Assembly: GCA_003649205.1 (NCBI GenBank)
Contig: QMRC01000002.1
Coordinates: forward strand, 259,482 to 323,481
From: Thermoprotei archaeon
Lineage (GTDB): Archaea > Thermoproteota > Thermoprotei > Thermoproteales > B15-G16
DNA: 64,000 nucleotides
Reading direction: 5' to 3'
Each line of letters begins with the position of its first letter. Position 1 is the first letter of the stretch. This document shows, piece after piece, positions 57,286 through 64,000 of the stretch. The notes beneath the pieces are model-generated. The model had not been told where the DNA came from. It searched no databases and saw only the letters and a list, made by a program, of their open reading frames with translations. Both the position numbers and the translations under genes were made by a program.

Positions 57286-58764
57286 ATGGAGATAAGGAAG
57301 GTGTTGATAGCTAATAGAGGTGAGATAGCAGTTAGAGTAATCAGGACCTGTAGAGAGCTAGGTATACGGACCATTGCTGTGTACTCAGATGTTGATAGGT
57401 ATTCACTTCACGTTAAGTTAGCTGATGAAGCACACTACATAGGACCTCCAGAACCGAGTAAGAGCTACCTAAACATAGATGCTATAATTAAGCTGGCGAA
57501 GAAATTAGGTGTCGACGCTATACACCCCGGTTATGGTTTTCTAGCTGAGAACCCAGAATTTGCTAAGAAATGCATTGAAGAAGGTATAGTATTCATAGGA
57601 CCTCCACCTAGAATTCATGAGTGTCTTGGAGATAAGCTACGTGCTAGGAAATTAGCTACTGAAATTGGTGTACCAGTACCCCCTGGTTCCTTTAAACCAT
57701 TGACTCCTGATGAAGCAGTTGAGATGGCGGAGAAAATCGGTTATCCCGTTATCGTGAAACCCGCAGGTGGTGGAGGAGGCATTGGTATGCAGGTAGCTAG
57801 AGATGAGAAAGAGCTGAAGAGAGCCGTGACATATGCTAGTGAACTATCTAGAAAGTACTTCGGTCGAGAGGAAGTCTACATAGAGAAGTACTTCACTAAT
57901 GCCAAGCACATTGAGGTTCAGATAGCAGGTGATGGTAGGGGAAATATAATTCACTACTTTGAACGTGAATGCTCTGTACAGAGGAGGTACCAGAAAGTAA
58001 TTGAGGAAACACCATCACCAATCCTAACTGAGGAGAGGGGGCAACGACTATTCAATTATGCGATTAAGATAGCTAGAGCACTCAACTACGAGAACTTAGG
58101 AACTGTAGAGTTTGTATACGATCTCGATAGTGATGAATTCTACTTTCTAGAAGTAAATACGAGAATACAGGTTGAACACCCTATAACTGAGGAGGTAACA
58201 GGTATTGATCTCGTTAAGGATCAGATATACATAGCGTGGTGTAGAGAACTCCCCCACTCACAAAACGAGATTTCTAGGAGAGGACACGCAATTGAGTTTA
58301 GGATCTATGGAGAGGATCCACTAACCTACATACCACAAACAGGGAGAGTAGAGTACCTCGAACTACCTGGAGGACCAGGAGTGAGAATAGACTTAGGAGT
58401 TACCGTAGGCCAACAGGTTACACAGCACTACGATACTCTACTCATGAAACTCATTGTATGGGGTAGAACTAGAGCTGAAGCAATAGCTAGAGGGACTAGA
58501 GCACTAAAGGAGTTAAAGATCTTGGGAATTAAGGTCAATACACCACTTCACAGAGCTGTACTCAAGACTAGGGACTTCATAGAGGGTAGATACACGACAA
58601 CACTACTCTCAAGAAATGATGTTAGGGAATTGGTCATGAATGAAATCGAGCTATGGAATAACGAGCTCAAGACCAAGACACCCACGTACAAATCCAAAAG
58701 TACACAGATCGTAATTACCGATAGATGGGTACTCACGAAGTACCTAGTAGAGCTACTCACGTGA
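57286..58764 (+). CDS. Biotin carboxylase
   Basis: IANRGEIA, HPGYGFLAEN, RECSVQRR and NTRIQVEH. Confidence 0.95.
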   Translation: MEIRKVLIANRGEIAVRVIRTCRELGIRTIAVYSDVDRYSLHVKLADEAHYIGPPEPSKSYLNIDAIIKLAKKLGVDAIHPGYGFLAENPEFAKKCIEEGIVFIGPPPRIHECLGDKLRARKLATEIGVPVPPGSFKPLTPDEAVEMAEKIGYPVIVKPAGGGGGIGMQVARDEKELKRAVTYASELSRKYFGREEVYIEKYFTNAKHIEVQIAGDGRGNIIHYFERECSVQRRYQKVIEETPSPILTEERGQRLFNYAIKIARALNYENLGTVEFVYDLDSDEFYFLEVNTRIQVEHPITEEVTGIDLVKDQIYIAWCRELPHSQNEISRRGHAIEFRIYGEDPLTYIPQTGRVEYLELPGGPGVRIDLGVTVGQQVTQHYDTLLMKLIVWGRTRAEAIARGTRALKELKILGIKVNTPLHRAVLKTRDFIEGRYTTTLLSRNDVRELVMNEIELWNNELKTKTPTYKSKSTQIVITDRWVLTKYLVELLT

Positions 58765-58788
58765 TCAGTCCTAGAAGTACACAGTAAT

Positions 58789-59421
58789 CTACGTAGTTAC
58801 CTCAAATAAGACACCTATCAAGGGATCATCCCTATACTTCTTGATAACACCTCTAGGCGTCTCAATCTCTGCATCAGCACAAGTCATTAGGTGTGTTGTT
58901 ACGTAGTAACTACCCCTAAATGACCAAGTGATTCTGTACTTAACCTCTAACCTCCTATACACAACTTCAACGTCTACAGTACTAGCTTTCAACCACTCAG
59001 TAGTCCCTCGAACAGAATCAACGTAACGTGGTGGGTAGTAGGTCCAGGGGATCTCAACAAGGAGTTCATGTAGCTTAGCTAAGGCATCGCAAAGCTCCTC
59101 AATATCCTCGTAACTACTTGAGAGCAAGACCTTCAAACCAATAGCTAAGCAAGTCCTATCCTCAGCGAGCTTTGAAGTACCAAAAATCTCAGCAAACACC
59201 CTCGCAGCGCTGTAATTAAGCTCCCATGAAGTGAAGTCAAGTAAAGTACCTTCACCGTACTCAAGTGAGTAAGTACACGACATAGCATCACAAAATAGCT
59301 TCTTACTACTACTTAACCACTTGAAGAACTCACGGAGAACCTTACTAGCAGATCGATACTTAGCACAGTACTTCCTGAACATACCTTCAACGTACTCAGC
59401 AACATTCCTCAAGGACATCAA
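58789..59421 (-). CDS. Hypothetical protein
   Basis: 210-aa ORF with plausible composition; no motif recognised. Confidence 0.6.
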   Translation of the reverse strand: MMSLRNVAEYVEGMFRKYCAKYRSASKVLREFFKWLSSSKKLFCDAMSCTYSLEYGEGTLLDFTSWELNYSAARVFAEIFGTSKLAEDRTCLAIGLKVLLSSSYEDIEELCDALAKLHELLVEIPWTYYPPRYVDSVRGTTEWLKASTVDVEVVYRRLEVKYRITWSFRGSYYVTTHLMTCADAEIETPRGVIKKYRDDPLIGVLFEVTT

Positions 59422-59473
59422 TTGTCAATGTACAAGACACAATATAAAGCATGCTCAGAATACAGGAAATAAG

Positions 59474-59944
59474 CTAGCCACGTACAGCGAGAGACCTCTC
59501 AACTAACTTCCTAAGCTGATGTATTAACTCATCAACTGAGCAATACACGTACCTATACCTATCCCCTCTCACGTAATGAGGGTAGAACACAGCCTTTCTA
59601 CAACCTTCATAAAACACAACAACTAGTATCCCATAGGGTACGTAAGGTCTACCAAACTCATCAACATAAGCAACCCTCTCAGCACTAAATCCTCGAGGCT
59701 TAGAGGAAACTCTACACTTCCTAGATATGTACTTAAGCGCTGATATCACCTCCCTAACCTCCTCAATACACCTCTCATCAGCCACATCATACAGCTTCAC
59801 AGAAATACCGAACTCACTAAGCGACTTGAGAAAATCAATGTAACGCCTTATACTTGGGTAAGAGCTATGTCGTGAGTCATAGACCACAATTATCCTATCT
59901 ATATCCTTAAGATCAAATCTAAACAACCACCTATACCTAGGCAT
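59474..59944 (-). CDS. Hypothetical protein
   Basis: 156-aa ORF with ATG start; no motif recognised. Confidence 0.6.
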   Translation of the reverse strand: MPRYRWLFRFDLKDIDRIIVVYDSRHSSYPSIRRYIDFLKSLSEFGISVKLYDVADERCIEEVREVISALKYISRKCRVSSKPRGFSAERVAYVDEFGRPYVPYGILVVVFYEGCRKAVFYPHYVRGDRYRYVYCSVDELIHQLRKLVERSLAVRG

Positions 59945-60121
59945 TCCACGTCATGTAGCTCAGCTAGCTATAATTAAAGTACATTGACGATGCTTGTAGC
60001 GAAGCAACATACAGAACACATACTAAAACCAAGTACCTCAGTAATGTGAAACGTAGAGCGAACTAGTATTAGATGTACGTACAAGAAAGTAAGTGGAGAA
60101 TTAGAGAGAAAACCTACACAC

Positions 60122-60790
60122 TTAACTTCGCTTAGCGTACTTACTTATCAACTTAGCAAATGGAGGTAGAATTCTCGTCTGTAGGTACACAGTAGCTGGA
60201 CCTCTAACCTCAACTACAATACCTTCACCACCAAAGAGAGTACTCTTCCAACCACCAAACTTCCTAATACACCAATCTACATTAGCTGGCATAGCTACGA
60301 AGTGAAAGTTATCGATGATAATTCGCTCACCGGGAGCTACTTCAACCTTCTGCAGACCACCATATGCGTTAACCCAGACACCACCGTAGCCACTGACCTT
60401 AAGCCACATAAGCTCACCCTCAGCCAAGAAACCTCTCAACCCTCTCCAAGCAATACCCAGCTCAACATCACCGTAGTGAGCAAGGTACGAAGTATCTTGA
60501 ATAACCCACTCATCACCATTCAACTCAATAAACTCTATATCACCAGGAACACCAGGAGCAAACCAGAGTTCACTAGGTGACTTAGCAACATACGTATTGA
60601 GGAACACCGTCTCATCAGCAGCGAAAGCACGTAAGAGACCACGAAGAAAACCACCACCAGTATGTGTCTTAATCTCAACATCACCTCTAATCAGCACCAT
60701 AGCACCAGCTTCAGCAGTAACGCACTCACTAGGCTCAAGATATACCTTAAGGAGCGAGTACGCAGGCTTACATTCAACACACCACTCCAA
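60122..60790 (-). CDS. AIM24/TIGR00266 family protein
   Basis: AEAGAM, ETVFLN, GEG and GPATVYLQTR; TTG 60790 likelier than 60859. Confidence 0.9.
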   Translation of the reverse strand: MEWCVECKPAYSLLKVYLEPSECVTAEAGAMVLIRGDVEIKTHTGGGFLRGLLRAFAADETVFLNTYVAKSPSELWFAPGVPGDIEFIELNGDEWVIQDTSYLAHYGDVELGIAWRGLRGFLAEGELMWLKVSGYGGVWVNAYGGLQKVEVAPGERIIIDNFHFVAMPANVDWCIRKFGGWKSTLFGGEGIVVEVRGPATVYLQTRILPPFAKLISKYAKRS

Positions 60791-61071
60791 ATACACCACC
60801 CAACAGCAAAGTAAGGAGCAGAAGTAAATAAGTTTTAAGTATGCACATTGACGCAACACCTACCTAGTAGAACAACTACTTACCAACTAACTAACCCTCA
60901 CCTCATCACGTAACCTACCTCAAAGCACCCCCTCACTTAGCACCGAGTGTAATGCTAATTTACAAAATTTACCAGTAGGATAAGGTTCCTAGGTGAGACT
61001 AGGTAAGGAGAACATAGTACCCAACCTTAAAATACCGCAACACCGTGAATACACAATGGTAGTGAAGAATC

Positions 61072-61482
61072 ATGGTCTTCCTACAGAGGAGAAAGTCAAT
61101 ACATATAGTACTAAAAGAGTGCATCACATCGCTGAGAAAATGCCAGGCATGGTTACTAGCAAGTAGGAGAGCCATGAAGAGAGACATAGCAGGGCTAGTG
61201 ATATTAGCGGGACTCCCACCATCAATAATATCTGACACGTACTTCGGTGCAGCAATAGCTGAGTTAAGTAGAGTACGTAAGAAGTTACTGAAGGCAAGTA
61301 GAGATGAGGAGGCACCAATAGCGATAAGGAGTCTACTAGAGGAAGTAGCAGAGATCATACCTAGTTCAACTAAGACACTGAAGAAACTAACGGTAGATGA
61401 ACTGTATAAAATAACAGAGGAATGTATTAGTAAATTGAGCACGATACGTACTGAACTAGCGTGGCTATACCCTGAGGAGTAG
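61072..61482 (+). CDS. Hypothetical helical protein
   Basis: 136-aa ORF with amphipathic helical pattern. Confidence 0.55.
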   Translation: MVFLQRRKSIHIVLKECITSLRKCQAWLLASRRAMKRDIAGLVILAGLPPSIISDTYFGAAIAELSRVRKKLLKASRDEEAPIAIRSLLEEVAEIIPSSTKTLKKLTVDELYKITEECISKLSTIRTELAWLYPEE

Positions 61483-61688
61483 CTTCAAAGTACCGTGAAA
61501 ATCCTCGTAAATACCGAGAAACCTACCTAACTCCCAAGAACCTACACCACCAACTCAAGGTCCAGAAACCTAGCACCTAGTTAAGAATTCAACAGCTAGG
61601 TATAGATGCTCAGTAAGAGACACACGGTATAGATCGACTAGCTAATGAACCACACACCTACACATATACGCAGCTGAAGAGGATCAAA

Positions 61689-62927
61689 TTACTTGCTGTA
61701 GGACCTATGTTCATGAACAAAGTACGTAATCAATATTGTGAGTACAGGCGCAGCTAATGCTAGGTAAATCACGTATAGAGGATTAAGTGAGTACGCGTAA
61801 CCCATGAGAGTACCCACAGCAATAGCGGATACATTGAGTGCAAACATCGTTACACCCATAGCTCTACCTCTCAACTCAATGGGAGAGAGATCAGTTAAGA
61901 GAGCGGAGATGGCAGGTGATGATATCGATGTAGCAACGGTAAGAACTGATGGAACAGCGAGAGCAACATACCTATGGGGAATCACAGCAAGGAAAAGTAG
62001 CGCAATAAACTCAATAGAACAACCAATGAAGATGCTCCTTCTACGACCAATAACATCACCCAACCTACCTAGAGGAACACCAACAAGAAGACCAGCAGCC
62101 ATAGCTAGAGACAGCGCAATACCCCACTCAAACTTCGAAAGACCAACAACATCAATAACATACAGCACTAGATAATTCCTAAAGAAGACAAGGTAGAAAG
62201 CAGAAGGAACATAGATCGAGATAAGCAACCTCAAATCCCTACTACTTAAACGCCAGAAATCAACAATTGACCTAATGCTCTCCTCTAGAAAATACCTCAA
62301 AGCACGTCGAGATCTAGGTACTTGAACACGAAGAGTCTCAGCAAGCTTCAACCTAAGACAAGCAGCTACAAGAGCTAGAAACGAGAACAGCATAAGCATG
62401 TACCTAAGACCAGGATCAACACCCCATCTCTCAACAACATAACCAACTAGGTAAGGTGATGGAATAGCAAATGCATGAGGAACAACACGACTAATAGCAA
62501 AGCCAAGTGCTCTAGCAGAACTAGGTAGTGAATCAGCGTATAGAGCCATGAGAGCAGGAGCATACACACCCCTAACCAACTCATGAATTACAGAACCAAC
62601 AGCATACTCGCACCACGACCTAGCAAGAGAGTACAGGAGATATGTTGAAGCAAGGAGAAATGTACCGATGATAACTACCTTCCTCCTACCAAGAGCATCA
62701 GCAATGTAACTACCAATGAGTAGAGTAGATACAAAAGCAGCACTACTCAAACTAACAACATAACCAATCTCAACACTACCAGCACCAAGAGCACGAAGGT
62801 ATAGAGATTCATAGATGAAGATACCCTCACCAAGAGAGAATATACACCAAGTAACTATGAGAATACCTGAATTACCACGAAGAACACAACGAAGTTCCCT
62901 AAACAAATCTCTAACAACACCAAACAT
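61689..62927 (-). CDS. MFS transporter
   Basis: IADALGRR and LGDVIGRR motif A repeats; about 12 TM helices. Confidence 0.92.
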   Translation of the reverse strand: MFGVVRDLFRELRCVLRGNSGILIVTWCIFSLGEGIFIYESLYLRALGAGSVEIGYVVSLSSAAFVSTLLIGSYIADALGRRKVVIIGTFLLASTYLLYSLARSWCEYAVGSVIHELVRGVYAPALMALYADSLPSSARALGFAISRVVPHAFAIPSPYLVGYVVERWGVDPGLRYMLMLFSFLALVAACLRLKLAETLRVQVPRSRRALRYFLEESIRSIVDFWRLSSRDLRLLISIYVPSAFYLVFFRNYLVLYVIDVVGLSKFEWGIALSLAMAAGLLVGVPLGRLGDVIGRRRSIFIGCSIEFIALLFLAVIPHRYVALAVPSVLTVATSISSPAISALLTDLSPIELRGRAMGVTMFALNVSAIAVGTLMGYAYSLNPLYVIYLALAAPVLTILITYFVHEHRSYSK

Positions 62928-62976
62928 AGCAACTTAGAAGGAGAAGAACAGAGAGAAATAAGTGATAGCTTATGAA

Positions 62977-63315
62977 TTACGGCTCCTTCTCAACAACAAC
63001 AGCAGTACCATAGACCAGAATCTCAGCAGCACCAGACATGACCTGAGTAGAAGTAAAACGAACACCAATAACAGCATTAGCACCAAGAGCCTTAGCCTTC
63101 TCAATCATCCTCCTAAGAGCCTCCTCCCTAGCCTGAGCCATGAGCTCAGTATACTCAACAACCTCACCACCAGCAATATTACGAAGAGCAGCAACAAAAT
63201 CCCTACCAATATTCCTAGCCCTCACAACACTACCACTAACAATACCGAGAACCTTAACAATTCTGTAACCAGGAATAGACTCAGTAGTAGTAACAATAAC
63301 TTCACCCTCGCTCAC
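62977..63315 (-). CDS. YbjQ (UPF0145) family protein
   Basis: TTTESIPG, GGEVVEY, GANAVIG and YGTAV. Confidence 0.93.
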   Translation of the reverse strand: MSEGEVIVTTTESIPGYRIVKVLGIVSGSVVRARNIGRDFVAALRNIAGGEVVEYTELMAQAREEALRRMIEKAKALGANAVIGVRFTSTQVMSGAAEILVYGTAVVVEKEP

Positions 63316-63400
63316 GAGATCACCCCCAAGACTAGGAATAAAAGTGAAGAAGTAATTTCTAAATTATTCTCGTGACAGAGCTAAGGAGGTAGCTAACTAA

Positions 63401-63901
63401 GTGACACGAAATTTCACACTAAGAGGAGCAGTAGCAGGACTAGTAACAGGCATCGTAGTGACAGCGTACACGTACATCAAGTGGAACACCATAGAGAAAC
63501 TAGTAATCGAACTAGTGAAGATACAGGTACCAGGAGAAACAGTACAGGAAGCAATAGCAAAAACACTAGCAACACTAGAATTCACAAAACCACTAATACC
63601 CATCTACAACATAGTGGCAATGACAGTAGTAGGAGCACTCTTCGGACTACTAGCAACATACCTAGCAACAAAAATCGAGACAAGAGACTACGTAATAGCC
63701 ATAGCAACAGGACTAACATACACAGCACTAACCACAGCACCAGCACTAACACTCAACCCACAAATACTGAGTACAGTACTGAAGTACATACCACTACAGG
63801 AAGTGCTACTACCAGGAATAACCTACACAACAACACTCACCATACTCAGCACAAGAGGACCCTGGAGAGAAATAGAAGAAGTAAAACCAAAGATATACTG
63901 A
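63401..63901 (+). CDS. Four-TM membrane protein
   Basis: GAVAGLVTG and four hydrophobic helices; SD GGAGGT upstream. Confidence 0.75.
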   Translation: MTRNFTLRGAVAGLVTGIVVTAYTYIKWNTIEKLVIELVKIQVPGETVQEAIAKTLATLEFTKPLIPIYNIVAMTVVGALFGLLATYLATKIETRDYVIAIATGLTYTALTTAPALTLNPQILSTVLKYIPLQEVLLPGITYTTTLTILSTRGPWREIEEVKPKIY

Positions 63902-64000
63902 GCATCAGTAAGTAATCACATCAACACCCAACTTCTCAGCCAACCTCCTAGCTCTATCACCAATAAAGCAAGTAACCACAACAAGCCTAGGAACAACACC

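Noticed and set aside
60850-60909. Minus-strand box C GTGATGA
   Set aside because: No box D at a suitable distance
62962-63915. N/T/S-rich ORFs 62962..63375 and 63481..63915
   Set aside because: Shadow frames of real genes, caused by the A/C-rich strand having few stop codons

Overview
Archaeal chromosomal DNA, most likely a hyperthermophilic Thermoproteota (Thermoprotei) member, judged from rps8e, archaeal-type mevalonate genes, Csa3, TATA boxes and GAGGTGA ribosome-binding sites. Coding content: aconitase X/PMDh pair, an Mrp/Mbh-type membrane operon with a NuoH-like subunit but no catalytic subunits, an orphan csa3 island, nadE, a Zn/Mn ABC operon with a broken binding protein, solo Cas4, two sugar ABC systems, a Leloir-like plus fucose-isomerase-like sugar cluster, an ECF transporter, and thiolase/HMGS/DUF35 divergent from an HMGR operon that continues into a biotin carboxylase complex. 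The most striking signal is non-coding. I read about 20 box C/D guide sRNA genes and four K-turn hairpin RNAs, three of them H/ACA-like. They include a six-gene mixed array at 3.5-4.2 kb, a seven-gene cluster at 25.7-26.7 kb, and tail-to-tail pairs joined at CTGATCAG. One H/ACA-like RNA matches the crenarchaeal 16S sequence UGGUG-U-C-AGCCGCC exactly. No tRNA, rRNA, CRISPR array or transposase was seen. All calls come from reading motifs by eye, and rRNA targets are from remembered conserved rRNA sequence, not this organism's rRNA.
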